Shown one piece after another: positions 47,670 to 58,891 of a DNA stretch of 64,000 nucleotides (position 1 is the stretch's first letter; every line of letters starts with the position of its first letter). Below the pieces are notes generated by a model. It was not told where the DNA came from and searched no databases. It was given only the letters and a program-made list of their open reading frames with translations. The translations under genes and the position numbers were made by a program. This DNA is from Terriglobia bacterium. Lineage in GTDB: Bacteria; Acidobacteriota; Terriglobia; 2-12-FULL-54-10. The DNA lies in assembly GCA_963666975.2 (NCBI GenBank), contig CAXVYR010000004.1:928001-992000 (forward strand), in the 5' to 3' direction.

Positions 47670-50312
47670 ATGCTGCGGTTTGACAAGTTCACATTAAAAG
47701 CGCAGGAGGCCTTGCAGGAGGCTCAGCAGAAGGCTTTTCAAAGCAACCATCAGTCGCTTGATCCCTTGCACTTGTTGCTGGCAATGGCGATTCAGCCGGA
47801 GGGAGTGGTCGGCCCGACGCTCGAGAAAATGGGAATTCCTCCGGACCGCGTCGCCATGGATGCCGAGACCGCCTTGCGGGCGATCCCCCAGGTCTCCGGA
47901 AACGCCGAGCAGTACGTCTCTCCGGCTCTCAACCGGATATTTCAAATGGCGTTCGAGGAGGCCAAGCAGTTCAAAGATGAGTACGTTTCCACCGAGCACC
48001 TGCTGCTGGCCGTAGCCCGCTTGAAGGAGGACCCGGCTGAGGTGGTTCTGAGGAAAAACGGAGTCACGCACGAAGCAATTCTGAAGGCGCTGGCCAGCGT
48101 CCGGGGAACGCAGCGGATCACCGATCCCAGCCCGGAGGACAAGTATCAGGCGCTGCAGCGGTACGCGCGCGACCTGACCGAGCTGGCTCATCGCGGGAAA
48201 CTCGACCCGGTGATCGGCCGCGATGAGGAGATTCGCCGTGTCATCCAGGTGCTGGCCCGGCGCACCAAAAACAACCCGGTTCTGATCGGGGAACCCGGCG
48301 TCGGCAAGACGGCCATCGTCGAGGGCCTGGCGCAGAGGATCGTCGCCGGCGACATCCCCGAGATTCTGAAGAACAAGCGCGTCGTGGCCCTGGACCTGGG
48401 GTCGCTGGTGGCCGGAGCGAAATTCCGGGGAGAGTTTGAAGACCGGCTCAAGGCGGTGTTGAAGGAGATTGACGAGGCGGCGGGGCAGATCGTCCTGTTC
48501 ATCGACGAGATGCACACCCTGGTCGGCGCGGGAGCGGCTGAGGGAGCCATCGACGCCGGAAACATGCTCAAGCCGGCGCTGGCGCGCGGCGAGCTGCACT
48601 GCATCGGCGCTACCACGCTGAATGAATACAAGCGATACGTCGAAAAGGATGTCGCGCTGGAGCGGCGCTTCCAGCAGGTGCTGGTGCAAGAGCCGACCGT
48701 CGAGGACACCATCGCCATCCTGCGCGGCCTGAATGAACGCTACGAGGTGCACCACGGCGTGCGGATCAAAGACGCCGCCATCATTGCGGCGGCCACGCTG
48801 TCGCACCGCTATATCAGCGACCGTTTCCTGCCCGACAAGGCCGTGGACTTGATCGACGAGGCGGGCGCGGCGCTCCGCGTGCAAGTGGACTCCATGCCGG
48901 TGGAGATCGACCAGATCGAGCGGCACCTCCGGCACATGGAGATCGAGCGGCATGCCCTCACGCGGGAGAACGACCCGGCCTCGCGCGAGCGGCTGGAGCA
49001 GCTCGCGCAGGAGCTGGCGAAGGAGCGGGAAAAGGCCAGCGCCCTGAAGATGCGCTGGGAGACCGAGAAGGAATCGATCGGCAAGACGCGCGAGTTAAAA
49101 GAAAAAATCGACAAGCTGAAGCTGGAGGAGGCGCAAGCTGAGCGCGACGGAGACCTGGGCAAGGTGGCAGAGATTCGCTATGGCACGCTGGCTCAGATGG
49201 AACAGGAACTGAAAGACGCCAGCGAGCGGCAGGCGGAGGTGCAGAAGTCCCCTCGGATGCTCAAGGAAGAGGTGGACGAGGAAGACGTGGCGCGGGTCGT
49301 GGCCCGCTGGACCGGGATTCCGGTGACACGAATGCTCGAGGGCGAGGTCGCCAAGCTGGTCCATATGGAGGACCGTTTGCGGGAGCGCGTCATCGGGCAG
49401 GAAGAGGCGCTGGCTCACGTCTCGAACGCCTTGCGCCGCAGCCGCGCCGGGCTGGCCGATCCCCGCCGGCCCGTCGGCTCGTTCATCTTTCTGGGCCCGA
49501 CCGGCGTTGGGAAAACTGAGTTGGTGCGCGCCCTGGCGGAGTTTCTGTTTGACGACGAGCGCTCCCTGGTCCGCGTCGACATGTCCGAATATCAGGAGAA
49601 GCATTCGGTGGCGAGGCTGATCGGAGCCCCTCCCGGATACGTCGGCTACGAGGAAGGAGGCCAGTTGACCGAGCATGTGCGGCGGCGTCCCTACTCGGTG
49701 GTGCTGTTTGACGAGATCGAGAAGGCCCACCCGGATGTGTTCAACGCGCTGCTGCAAATCCTGGACGATGGGCGGCTGACCGACGGGAAGGGCCGCACGG
49801 TGGACTTCAAAAACTCCATGATCATTCTGACTACCAACGTCGGCAGCTCCTACCTGGACCAGTTGAAAGGGATCGGCTTCAGCCCCCTGGCGGAGCGCCA
49901 GGACAAGGTGCGCGACATCCGGCACCGGCTGGATGAGGCCCTGCGCCAGACCTTCAAGCCGGAGTTTCTGAACCGCATCGACGACATCATCCACTTCAAC
50001 CCGCTCAGCGAGGAGGACATCTCAAAGATCATCGAGGTGCAGGTCGAGACGCTGAAAAAATTGCTGGCGGAGAAAAAAGTCCGCATCGAGCTGCAACCGG
50101 CGGCGCAACAGTTGCTGTTCAAACGCGGCTATGATCCGAACTTCGGCGCGCGGCCGCTGCGGCGTGCGATCCAGACGCTGATCCAGGACCCGCTGGCGCT
50201 GAAGATGCTCGACGGCGAGGTGGTTCCGGGCGACACCGTTCTGGTGAACGCCGACCTCGAAAAGGGCGTGATGACGTTTGAAAAAGCGCCGGTGACAACC
50301 ACGGCACAATAA
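47670..50312 (+). CDS. clpB: ATP-dependent chaperone ClpB
   Basis: Two AAA+ modules ([16 protein letters not shown]), a coiled-coil middle domain and GARPLRR. Confidence 0.97.
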   Translation: MLRFDKFTLKAQEALQEAQQKAFQSNHQSLDPLHLLLAMAIQPEGVVGPTLEKMGIPPDRVAMDAETALRAIPQVSGNAEQYVSPALNRIFQMAFEEAKQFKDEYVSTEHLLLAVARLKEDPAEVVLRKNGVTHEAILKALASVRGTQRITDPSPEDKYQALQRYARDLTELAHRGKLDPVIGRDEEIRRVIQVLARRTKNNPVLIGEPGVGKTAIVEGLAQRIVAGDIPEILKNKRVVALDLGSLVAGAKFRGEFEDRLKAVLKEIDEAAGQIVLFIDEMHTLVGAGAAEGAIDAGNMLKPALARGELHCIGATTLNEYKRYVEKDVALERRFQQVLVQEPTVEDTIAILRGLNERYEVHHGVRIKDAAIIAAATLSHRYISDRFLPDKAVDLIDEAGAALRVQVDSMPVEIDQIERHLRHMEIERHALTRENDPASRERLEQLAQELAKEREKASALKMRWETEKESIGKTRELKEKIDKLKLEEAQAERDGDLGKVAEIRYGTLAQMEQELKDASERQAEVQKSPRMLKEEVDEEDVARVVARWTGIPVTRMLEGEVAKLVHMEDRLRERVIGQEEALAHVSNALRRSRAGLADPRRPVGSFIFLGPTGVGKTELVRALAEFLFDDERSLVRVDMSEYQEKHSVARLIGAPPGYVGYEEGGQLTEHVRRRPYSVVLFDEIEKAHPDVFNALLQILDDGRLTDGKGRTVDFKNSMIILTTNVGSSYLDQLKGIGFSPLAERQDKVRDIRHRLDEALRQTFKPEFLNRIDDIIHFNPLSEEDISKIIEVQVETLKKLLAEKKVRIELQPAAQQLLFKRGYDPNFGARPLRRAIQTLIQDPLALKMLDGEVVPGDTVLVNADLEKGVMTFEKAPVTTTAQ

Positions 50313-50606
50313 GGGCGGCTGTGAAGTGGCGTTATCCGAGCCGCGACCGTTTGGTAGCCACGGCGAGCGCTTTTTCTCGCCGTGGGCTTTTTACGAATTT
50401 ACAAACCCACGGCAAATTTGAACCGCCAATTTGCCGTGGCTTGTATCTTGATTTTCGTGTTACAACCCGCATGGGTCAAAGGTGTTGTTCCGGCGGGGAG
50501 GCCGCCCGTGGCAGAGGCCCGATTCGCAAGGATCGAGAGCCTGTTCGGTAGATCGGCCCCCCGCCCTCTACCAGGCGCTTGCGGCTCGGCCTTCCGCCTT
50601 CCCCTT

Positions 50607-53246
50607 TCACCCCTTCTCAATTTGCTTCTTCAATTCAGCCAGCAGATTCAGGGCGTCGAGCGGCTTCAGACTGTCGAGGTCCAATCCGGCAAGGCGCTCG
50701 ACGATAGCTTGGTTAGATGGAGTGAACAGGGTAAACTGCAACGCGCCGGGCGGCTCCTCGCCTGGGCTGAGGCGGTCACTCAGGCCGTGCTCGCTCTGCT
50801 CGTGGTAGGCTAAGACTTCGCGGGCCCGCTCAATCACATCGGCGGGCAGGGCGGCCAGACGCGCCACCTCGATTCCATAGCTGCGGTCGGCTTTGCCCGG
50901 CTCCACCCGCCGCAAAAAAATAATCTCGCTCCCGGATTCCTTCACCGAGACGTGCTGGTTTTTCACGCTGGGCAGATGGTCGGCCAGTTCCGTCAACTCG
51001 TGGTAATGGGTGGCGAAGAGAGTTTTGGCTGTGGTTCGGGAATGAAGGTACTCGACCACCGCCCAGGCGATAGCCAGCCCGTCATAGGTGGCCGTGCCCC
51101 GGCCGATCTCGTCCAAGATCACCAGACTGTTCGGCCCGACGGTATTGAGGATCACCGCCGTCTCGGTCATCTCCACCATGAAGGTGGAGCGGCCCCGCGC
51201 CAGGCTGTCGCTGGCGCCGATGCGCGTAAAGATGCGGTCAAAGACCGGCAGGCGGGCGCGCTCCGCCGGAACGAAACTCCCCATCTGGCCCAGAATGGCG
51301 ATCAGGGCCACCTGGCGCAGGTAGGTGGACTTGCCTCCCATGTTGGGGCCGGTGATGATCAGAATGCGCTCCCCGGTTGCGTTCATGTAGAGGTCATTGG
51401 GAACGAAGCGCTCGCCCTGCTGCGATTCGCCGAGCCGTTCCAGCACGGGATGGCGGCCCGCTGCGATTTCAAACTCCCCATTGGCGGAAAATTGGGGGCG
51501 GCAGTAATTGTAGTCTGCCGCCAGACCGGCAAAGTTGACCAGCACATCCACCTCGGCCACCGCCGCTGCCGTGCGCCGGATGCGGGCGGCATGCTCTCCC
51601 ACTGCGGCGCGCAGCTCCAGGAAGAGGCCCTGCTCCATTTCGAGCATACGGTCCTCGGCGTCGAGCACCTTGCGCTCGTATTCCTTCAACTCCCCTATGG
51701 TGAACCGCTCCGCATTCACCAAGGTTTGTTTTCGCTCGTAGCGTTCGGGAACCAGCGGCAGGTTGGGCCGGGACACTTCAATGTAATAGCCGAATATATC
51801 GTTGAACTTGATCTTCAGAGACCCGATTCCGGTCTCGGCCCGCTCCCGAGCCTCCATCTGCGCGATGGTCTGTTTCGCGTTGCGGCTCAGGCTGCGCAAC
51901 TCATCCAACTCGGCGTGGTGCCCCTCCCGAATCACCCCACCTTCATGGAGATTGAGAGGCGGACTTTCGACCAGCGCTTTTTCCAACTGGCCGTGCACGT
52001 CGGCCAGCTCATCCAACTGCTCCCAAAGCTCCCGCAAACGGCGCGACTCGATGCTCCCGACCAAAGAGCGGAGCGCGGGCAAAGGAGCCAGGGAATTTCG
52101 CATGGCGGCCAAGTCGCGCGGGGTGGCTGTCCCCATCGTGACTTTGCTCAGCAGCCGCTCCAGATCGTAGACCGAGGCGATCTCCTTGGCGATCTGTGCC
52201 CGTGTCATCGACTGCTGGAGCAACTGCTCGACCGCATCCAGGCGTGCCTCCATCACGGCTTGGCTGAGCGAAGGCCGCAGCATCCAGGATTTCAGCAAGC
52301 GGGCCCCCATGGCGGTTGCCGTACGGTCTATAACCGACAGCAGCGTGGCCTCCGGCTCCCCGGCGAAAAGTGGCTCCACCAACTCCAGGTTGCGGACAGT
52401 GACCGAATCGAGCACCATCCACTCCTGCCGGTCGTAAAAGCGGATACGGTCCAGGTGAGCCAGAGTGCCTTGCTGCGTCTCCTTCAAATAATGCAGCAGC
52501 GCGCCGCTGGCACAGACAGCCTGGGGCTTGCCTTCCAGCCCGAATCCATCGAGCGAATGCACGCGGAAGTGGTCCGTGAGCATCCGCAGGGCGTATTCAT
52601 AGCCAAAGACCCATTCGTCGAGGTCGGTACGGGTAAGGCGCAGGGGGCCGGACAGAGGTTCTACAAAGGCCAGCCGCCCCTCCGGCTCCGGGAACAACGG
52701 CTGGCCCGCAGGGGAGAGCAACTCGCGCGCTCCCAGATGGTTGAGCTCCTCGGCCAGCTTGGCTTCCCGGCCGGCGCCTCCCATCTCCGTGGCGCGAAAC
52801 TCTCCGGTGGAGAGATCCACGCAGGCCAACCCGATCCGTTCCCCGGACCGGCAGGCAGCGACCAGGTAGTTGTTCTCGCGCGGCGAGAGGAGGCGGCTGT
52901 CGGAAGCCGTGCCGGGCGTGATGACGCGGGTGACTTCGCGCCGCACCAGTTTTTTCGTGAACCGCGCGTCCTCCACCTGCTCGCAAACAGCCACCTTGTG
53001 GCCTTTCTGGATCAGGCGCGAGATGTAGGTGTCGGCGGCGTGGTGCGGAACCCCGCACATGGGCACGGCCACTCCCTTTTCCTTGTTGCGGGACGTCAAT
53101 GTAATCTGGAGTTCGCGGGCGGCCAGGATGGCGTCCTCGAAGAACAGTTCGTAAAAATCCCCCAGACGAAAAAACAGCAGCGCCTGAGGATATTTTTGCT
53201 TGATGGAATTGTACTGCCGCATCAGCGGCGTCGAGGCTTCAGGCAT
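50607..53246 (-). CDS. mutS: DNA mismatch repair protein MutS
   Basis: TPLMRQY, GDFYELF, TGPNMGGKST, DEIGRGT and SYGIEVA. Confidence 0.98.
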   Translation of the reverse strand: MPEASTPLMRQYNSIKQKYPQALLFFRLGDFYELFFEDAILAARELQITLTSRNKEKGVAVPMCGVPHHAADTYISRLIQKGHKVAVCEQVEDARFTKKLVRREVTRVITPGTASDSRLLSPRENNYLVAACRSGERIGLACVDLSTGEFRATEMGGAGREAKLAEELNHLGARELLSPAGQPLFPEPEGRLAFVEPLSGPLRLTRTDLDEWVFGYEYALRMLTDHFRVHSLDGFGLEGKPQAVCASGALLHYLKETQQGTLAHLDRIRFYDRQEWMVLDSVTVRNLELVEPLFAGEPEATLLSVIDRTATAMGARLLKSWMLRPSLSQAVMEARLDAVEQLLQQSMTRAQIAKEIASVYDLERLLSKVTMGTATPRDLAAMRNSLAPLPALRSLVGSIESRRLRELWEQLDELADVHGQLEKALVESPPLNLHEGGVIREGHHAELDELRSLSRNAKQTIAQMEARERAETGIGSLKIKFNDIFGYYIEVSRPNLPLVPERYERKQTLVNAERFTIGELKEYERKVLDAEDRMLEMEQGLFLELRAAVGEHAARIRRTAAAVAEVDVLVNFAGLAADYNYCRPQFSANGEFEIAAGRHPVLERLGESQQGERFVPNDLYMNATGERILIITGPNMGGKSTYLRQVALIAILGQMGSFVPAERARLPVFDRIFTRIGASDSLARGRSTFMVEMTETAVILNTVGPNSLVILDEIGRGTATYDGLAIAWAVVEYLHSRTTAKTLFATHYHELTELADHLPSVKNQHVSVKESGSEIIFLRRVEPGKADRSYGIEVARLAALPADVIERAREVLAYHEQSEHGLSDRLSPGEEPPGALQFTLFTPSNQAIVERLAGLDLDSLKPLDALNLLAELKKQIEKG

Positions 53247-53413
53247 CTTGGTCCCGCCCGGCAAGGCTTCGGAGATACTCGCGACCGTGCATGAGACTCC
53301 GGCAGAGAAAATCCGCTCAAAAACAGACCGTATTATGCAACGGTTTCTCCTGAAGGCGCAAACGGCTCCGGATATCGGTTATAATGAGGGTCGAACGAGA
53401 TTCGGGTAGAGAC

Positions 53414-54223
53414 ATGAACCATTTGTGGCTGCGAGTGGCCTTGGCCTTGTACTCGCTCGGTTTACTTCACGCCGTGCTGACCGTCGTCAAACGCCGGCAG
53501 AGGCTCTTCCGGATAGCGCTGGGCGCCATCTCACTGGGCGTTGTCTTTCATTTTGTCGCCCTGGTGGAAGACGGCCTGGCGCTCCGCCATTTCCCCGTCA
53601 CCAGCCTGCAAGAAGCCGCCTCGCTGTTTGCCTTTCTCATCGCCTGCGCCTTCCTGTTGGTCTACTGGAGGTATCAGTTTCACTCCATCAGCGTCTTTAT
53701 TTTTCCGCTGGTTTTTGTGCTGACCCTCACCGCGGCGATGGACAGCAGCACGCATTACTGGGAGCTGCCGCTGCTCCGGACGGCGTGGTTGTACCTGCAC
53801 GTTTCGCTCATCATCTTGGGGCACACCGCGTTCTTTGTGACCTTCGTGGCAGGCGTGATGTACCTGATTCAGGAGCGCGAGCTGAAATCGAAAAAGCCCA
53901 GGGCGTTCTACTACCGGCTGCCGCCGCTCGACACCATTGACGACCTGGCCTACAAGTCGCTGGCCGTCGGATTCCCTTTCATCACCTTGGGAATCATCAC
54001 CGGAGCCTTCTGGGCCAATGCCGTCTGGGGGCCCTCCTGGCCCATCGATCCGAAAATATCCTGGTCCTTCGTCACCTGGCTGATTTATCTGCTGCTGTTG
54101 TTTACGCGCTGGACAGCCGGGTGGCGCGGGCGCAAGGCCGCCTACTTCGCCATCGCCGGATTTGCCGCCATGCTGATCACATGGGGCACCAATAGCGGCC
54201 TGCACTCGTTCGTGTCGCCCTGA
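53414..54223 (+). CDS. ccsA: Cytochrome c biogenesis CcsA / HemX-like membrane protein
   Basis: WLYLH, GAFWANAVWG..DPK and WRGRK; upstream of hemA. Confidence 0.85.
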   Translation: MNHLWLRVALALYSLGLLHAVLTVVKRRQRLFRIALGAISLGVVFHFVALVEDGLALRHFPVTSLQEAASLFAFLIACAFLLVYWRYQFHSISVFIFPLVFVLTLTAAMDSSTHYWELPLLRTAWLYLHVSLIILGHTAFFVTFVAGVMYLIQERELKSKKPRAFYYRLPPLDTIDDLAYKSLAVGFPFITLGIITGAFWANAVWGPSWPIDPKISWSFVTWLIYLLLLFTRWTAGWRGRKAAYFAIAGFAAMLITWGTNSGLHSFVSP

Positions 54224-54297
54224 AGCATTTTCGGGAGCTGCCACCGATGCATTGATTCATTTCACGCGGAGCGCAGTTCCGAGCACAAGAGAAAGCC

Positions 54298-55566
54298 ATG
54301 AACTTTTGCTTGGTCGGTCTGAGCCATAAAACTGCACCAGTAGAAGTGCGCGAACGGCTGGCGATAGCGGACGAGGAACTCCCCGGAACGCTGCGAAAGG
54401 TGGCTGCCCTGCCCGGCATCTGCGAGGCCTTTATCCTCTCCACCTGCAACCGTGTGGAAATCTTTACTCGCGCCGGATCAGACGATGGGAACATGGATGC
54501 TATCCTGGCGCAATTCCTGGCTCGCACCCGCCACCGGGACCTCTCCGAAATCGAGCCCTATCTTTACCAATACCGGCAACAGGACGCCATCCACCATGTT
54601 TTTCGCGTGGCTGCGAGTCTTGATTCCATGATCTTGGGCGAGCCGCAGATACTGGGGCAGGTCAAGGCCGCCTACGCTGTGGCTCATGCCACGGGAACGT
54701 TGAAAGGAGCGCTGGAGGAAGTCCTCAGCCGCTCCTTTGCGGTCGCCAAGCGGATTCGCACCGAGACAGGGATCGCATCTTCCGCCGTTTCCATCAGCTA
54801 TGCTGCCGTGGAGCTGGCCAAGAAAATCTTTGGATCGCTCGAAGACAAGCACATCCTGCTGATCGGCGCCGGAAAGATGAGCGAGCTTGCCGCCAAGCAT
54901 TTGCTGCACAGCGGAGCCTCTTCCATTTTTGTCACCAACCGAAGCCCGGAGCGCGCTCAGGAACTGGCCTCGCTGTTAAACGGCAGGGCGATTCGCTTTG
55001 AGCAGCTTTTTGAATACGCGGGCCAGTCCGACATTATCATCAGCTCCACCGGAGCCCCCCACTACATCATCAAGAAAGAAGACGGACGGCGGCTGCTGGC
55101 CGGGCGCAAGAACCGTCCCATGTTCTTCATCGACATCGCCGTGCCCCGCGACATCGACCCGGGGATTAACAAGCTGGACAACCTGTACCTGTATGACATT
55201 GACGATCTGCAGCATGTGGTGGATGCCAATCTCAAGGAACGGATGCGCGAGGCGCAGCGAGGCGAGGAGATTGCGCGGCAAGAGGTGGCAAAGTTGTTGC
55301 GGCGGCTGAAAACCCATGACGTGGTGCCGACCATTATCGACCTGCAGTCGCACATGGACGAGATCCGCCGGCAGGAGATTGCACGCCTGCGCTCTGAGTT
55401 CGGCGAGCTGACTCCCCGGCAGGAAGAAGCCATTGAGGCTCTCACCAAAGGGCTGGTCAACAAGATCGTTCACTTTCCGATCAGCCATCTGAAAAACCTG
55501 GCGCAGCAGCCTGACGGCTTGAAGGTGGTCGAGACCGTACGGAAAATTTTTAACTTGAAAGATTAA
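54298..55566 (+). CDS. hemA: Glutamyl-tRNA reductase
   Basis: GLSHKTAPVEVRE, STCNRVE, GEPQILGQ and DIAVPRD. Confidence 0.97.
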   Translation: MNFCLVGLSHKTAPVEVRERLAIADEELPGTLRKVAALPGICEAFILSTCNRVEIFTRAGSDDGNMDAILAQFLARTRHRDLSEIEPYLYQYRQQDAIHHVFRVAASLDSMILGEPQILGQVKAAYAVAHATGTLKGALEEVLSRSFAVAKRIRTETGIASSAVSISYAAVELAKKIFGSLEDKHILLIGAGKMSELAAKHLLHSGASSIFVTNRSPERAQELASLLNGRAIRFEQLFEYAGQSDIIISSTGAPHYIIKKEDGRRLLAGRKNRPMFFIDIAVPRDIDPGINKLDNLYLYDIDDLQHVVDANLKERMREAQRGEEIARQEVAKLLRRLKTHDVVPTIIDLQSHMDEIRRQEIARLRSEFGELTPRQEEAIEALTKGLVNKIVHFPISHLKNLAQQPDGLKVVETVRKIFNLKD

Positions 55567-55633
55567 AGATTCTTGAACCATTCTTGAACCAGGAAAGGCT
55601 GGGGCGCTCGGAAACGGCGCTTTCCCTAATCCA

Positions 55634-56626
55634 TTGCAGACCTCAAAATTCATTCTCGCTTCCCGCGCCTCTTCCCTGGCTTTGCAGCAGGCAAACTGGG
55701 TCCGGTCAGAGCTTGAGCGCCTGGTGGCCGGTTGCCGCGTGGAAATTCTGCGCGTGCGAACCACCGGCGACCGGATGCGCCAGGCTCCTTTGGCCCAGAT
55801 CGGAGGCAAGGGCCTGTTCACAAAAGAAATTGAAGAAGCGTTGCTCGATGGACGGGCGCATTTTGCCGTTCACAGCTTGAAGGACCTGCCGACCGAGCTG
55901 CCGGAAGGCCTCACCCTGGCAGCCATTCCGCTCCGGGAAGACACACGCGACGTTCTCATCAGCCGCAGCGGCCGGCCTCTGGGTGAGTTAGGCAAGGAGG
56001 CACAGGTGGGAACCGGCAGCGTGCGCCGCGCCGCGCAGTTGAAGCGCCTGCGCCCGGACCTGCGGATCGAGCCCTTGCGGGGGAATCTCGACACACGGTT
56101 GCGCAAGCTGCGGGAAGGACCGCTGGACGCCATTGTGCTGGCTGCGGCGGGACTGCGGCGCTTGGGACTGGCTGAGCAGATCACAGAGTATTTTGACGAA
56201 CAGACCCTGTGTCCGGCGGTGGGCCAGGGCGCTTTGGGAATTGAGGCGCGCGCCGGCGATGAGGATACTCTGCGGGTTCTTGCGGCGCTCGAAGACCCCT
56301 GGGCCCGCATGACCATCACCGCTGAGCGGTCTTTGTTGCAGAGGCTGGGAGGAGGCTGCCAGGTGCCGATCGCCGCCTACGCGCACCGGCAAGAGGAGAA
56401 CATCTGCCTGACGGCCATCGTCATCCGCCCCGACGGAAGCCAGTGGTGCATGGATACGGAATGCTCCCCGCTGCGGATCGCGGAGGGAGATGGCGGGCGC
56501 CTGATGGAAGCGGCGGAAGCGCTGGGAAGAAAGGTCGCGGAGAACTTGCTGGAGCAAGGCGCCGGAAAAATCCTGCAAGAAGTTTTGCGGGACGAGACCG
56601 CTTTGCCGTCGCCACAGACACCCTAA
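55634..56626 (+). CDS. hemC: Hydroxymethylbilane synthase
   Basis: GGKGLFTKE, AVHSLKD, RGNLDTRL and GGGCQVP. Confidence 0.97.
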   Translation: MQTSKFILASRASSLALQQANWVRSELERLVAGCRVEILRVRTTGDRMRQAPLAQIGGKGLFTKEIEEALLDGRAHFAVHSLKDLPTELPEGLTLAAIPLREDTRDVLISRSGRPLGELGKEAQVGTGSVRRAAQLKRLRPDLRIEPLRGNLDTRLRKLREGPLDAIVLAAAGLRRLGLAEQITEYFDEQTLCPAVGQGALGIEARAGDEDTLRVLAALEDPWARMTITAERSLLQRLGGGCQVPIAAYAHRQEENICLTAIVIRPDGSQWCMDTECSPLRIAEGDGGRLMEAAEALGRKVAENLLEQGAGKILQEVLRDETALPSPQTP

Positions 56627-56733
56627 GCGGAGAGCCGCCAGCCCACGCAGGGCAGCCTTTTGACAGCCTTCAAACCGGCTACGCCCTTCCCTCTTTTACC
56701 TCGACCTCGACCCCATCATTCCGTTCAATCCGT

Positions 56734-57966
56734 ATGGCAGAACCCGGCATGAGACTGGAAGATTTCAACTACCGTTTGCCGAGCGAGTTGGTGGCCCAGC
56801 AGCCGGCTCCTCGTCGGGACGATGCACGGATGCTGGTCGTCGACCGCGCCGCAGGACGTTTCGAAGACGCAGAGTTTCGCCAACTTCCCAAATTCCTCGA
56901 AGAAGGAAACCTCGTGGCCTTGAACAACTCGCGGGTACTGCCGGCGCGCCTTTATGGGCGAAGGAAGGGAATCTGCTCTCAACCCATTGGCAGGCGTACT
57001 CCCCGGCTCAGCGAGCATCTCACCGCCCCCATTGAAGTTCTTCTGGCGCGGCAATTGGACAAATGCACATGGGAGGCGCTGGTGCGGCCGGGCCGAAAGG
57101 TGCGAACCGGAGAAAAATTGATCTTTGCGGGAACCTCCGGTGCGGGAACCTCCGGTGAACGACAAGAGGAAGGGCAAAAAGGATGGAAAACCGGCCCGGT
57201 TCTCGAAGCCGAGGTTATCGGAAGAGGCGAGTACGGTCTGCGGACGCTCCGCTTCACGGATGTAATCTCGCCGGGAACCCCCCTGCCGGAGATGATCGAG
57301 AAAATAGGACACGTCCCGCTTCCTCCTTATATCCACCGCCCAGGCCAGAAAAAGGGTACGAGAAAAGACGAGCGACCAGATGAAAAACCAAATGAGAAAC
57401 CAGATGAGAAATTAGACAAGCTGCGCTACCAGACCGTATATGCCCGTCCGCCCGGCTCGGTGGCGGCTCCTACCGCCGGGCTGCACTTTACCCAGCAGAC
57501 GCTCGCCGAGTTGGAAAAGCGCGGCATCGAGAGGGTGGAGATCACCCTGCACGTCGGCTTAGGCACCTTTCAGCCCATCCATACCACAAAGATTGAAAAA
57601 CACCGCATGCACCCGGAGACTTTTAGCGTGACCCCTCAAGCGGCGAACCGTTTGAACCGGGCGTTGGAGCAAAAACGCCGCGTCGTGGCTGTGGGCACAA
57701 CGACCGTCCGCACATTGGAGCATCTAGCTGCCCTGCACAACGGGCGCATTGAACCGGGAGACGGCGAAACGCGGCTGTTCATCCTGCCGGGATATGAGTT
57801 CCGCGTGGCGGGGGGGCTGTTGACGAACTTCCACCTGCCGGGAACCACTCTATTGATGCTGGTTTCGGCCTTTGCTGGAAGAGAGCTGATTCTGGCCGCC
57901 TACGAGCACGCTGTCCGCGAGCGGTACCGCTTTTACTCCTACGGCGATTGCATGCTGATTCTGTAA
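56734..57966 (+). CDS. queA: S-adenosylmethionine:tRNA ribosyltransferase-isomerase
   Basis: PLPPYI, YQTVYA, AAPTAGLHF, TNFHLP and RFYSYGDCMLI. Confidence 0.96.
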   Translation: MAEPGMRLEDFNYRLPSELVAQQPAPRRDDARMLVVDRAAGRFEDAEFRQLPKFLEEGNLVALNNSRVLPARLYGRRKGICSQPIGRRTPRLSEHLTAPIEVLLARQLDKCTWEALVRPGRKVRTGEKLIFAGTSGAGTSGERQEEGQKGWKTGPVLEAEVIGRGEYGLRTLRFTDVISPGTPLPEMIEKIGHVPLPPYIHRPGQKKGTRKDERPDEKPNEKPDEKLDKLRYQTVYARPPGSVAAPTAGLHFTQQTLAELEKRGIERVEITLHVGLGTFQPIHTTKIEKHRMHPETFSVTPQAANRLNRALEQKRRVVAVGTTTVRTLEHLAALHNGRIEPGDGETRLFILPGYEFRVAGGLLTNFHLPGTTLLMLVSAFAGRELILAAYEHAVRERYRFYSYGDCMLIL

Positions 57967-58196
57967 TGCGGGGCTGCGGTCGGCTGGCGGAGTGACTTGT
58001 ACTATAATCGGCAGCTAATCTCTTTCTAAAGGCTGAACCTTGGCAGATACATTGGCAGATACATTTCCATATGAAGACCTGAGAGCTTTCGTGCGCGCGC
58101 TGGAACGGGCGGGCGGAGACGAGGGGAAAACCCGTTCGCCGTGGGGCTACCCGCTGTTGAAAAACTCATAGTACGAGGGAAAAAGTCTGGTAGCCA

Positions 58197-58490
58197 TTAC
58201 GCGCGCGATTTCCAGCGAATCGAATCACGCCGCCCGTGCATACATGCGACGACAACAACGACTTCCTCGTACACGCGGTAGAAGATTGCATATGGGAACC
58301 GATGGACTAGCGCTCGCCGCGTATCTCGATGAATCAAGGGATGCCTGGTCGGATGCGTAACGATGTGGTCAAGCGCGGATTGAACGACCGCCAAAAACTC
58401 CTCTCCCAGGCCAGCACGCTGCCGCTCATACCACAGAAACGCTTCCTCGATGTCTGCGGCAGCCGCCGGACGGAGAACGGGGGGCATCAC
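58197..58490 (-). CDS. ParE/RelE family toxin
   Basis: AAADIEEAFLWYE..GLGEEF..HRFPYAIFY..ACMHGRRD. Confidence 0.9.
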   Translation of the reverse strand: MMPPVLRPAAAADIEEAFLWYERQRAGLGEEFLAVVQSALDHIVTHPTRHPLIHRDTRRALVHRFPYAIFYRVYEEVVVVVACMHGRRDSIRWKSRA

Positions 58491-58702
58491 CGGGCGCGCC
58501 CGCGAATTCGGCGGAGTACCTCTTCCCAGGGGATGCCGGCTGGCCCCTCTCGGTCCAGCTCGTCGAGCCGCCGGTCCAGTTCTTCCCGTTGCGCGTGGGT
58601 CAGCGGGACCGCCTCCGGGGTCGTGGAGAGACTTTCCCAGAGATCATCCAACAGTTGGAGCCGCTCTTCAGGGCTAAGACTGGCAATGTCTATGGCTGCC
58701 AT
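58487..58702 (-). CDS. Putative addiction-module antitoxin (TIGR02574-like)
   Basis: LSPEERLQLLDDLWESL..ELDRRL..IPWEEV; overlaps the toxin start. Confidence 0.9.
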   Translation of the reverse strand: MAAIDIASLSPEERLQLLDDLWESLSTTPEAVPLTHAQREELDRRLDELDREGPAGIPWEEVLRRIRGRAR

Positions 58703-58891
58703 ACCTGTTAGGATACCACTCTTTCATTCCAACTTCGTACACCACCCCAGACCCGAAGGAAGGTTTTGCAGCGCCATACCGAAAAAAACCCTACGGCGAT
58801 TGCATGCTGATTCTGTAGTTCAGGCCTTCGGTCGGCTAGCGGAGTGACTTGTACTATAATCGGCAGCTAATCTCTTTCTAAAGGCTGAACT

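Noticed and set aside
50952-53294. Long antisense ORFs (780 aa opposite mutS; likewise 475..1731, 15310..16845, 44733..46256, 47694..48953)
   Set aside because: They shadow well-supported genes, as expected in GC-rich DNA, and show no family motifs.
57367-57420. 12-bp tandem repeats in queA (DERP-DEKP-NEKP-DEKL)
   Set aside because: An in-frame low-complexity loop expansion with no evidence of phase variation.
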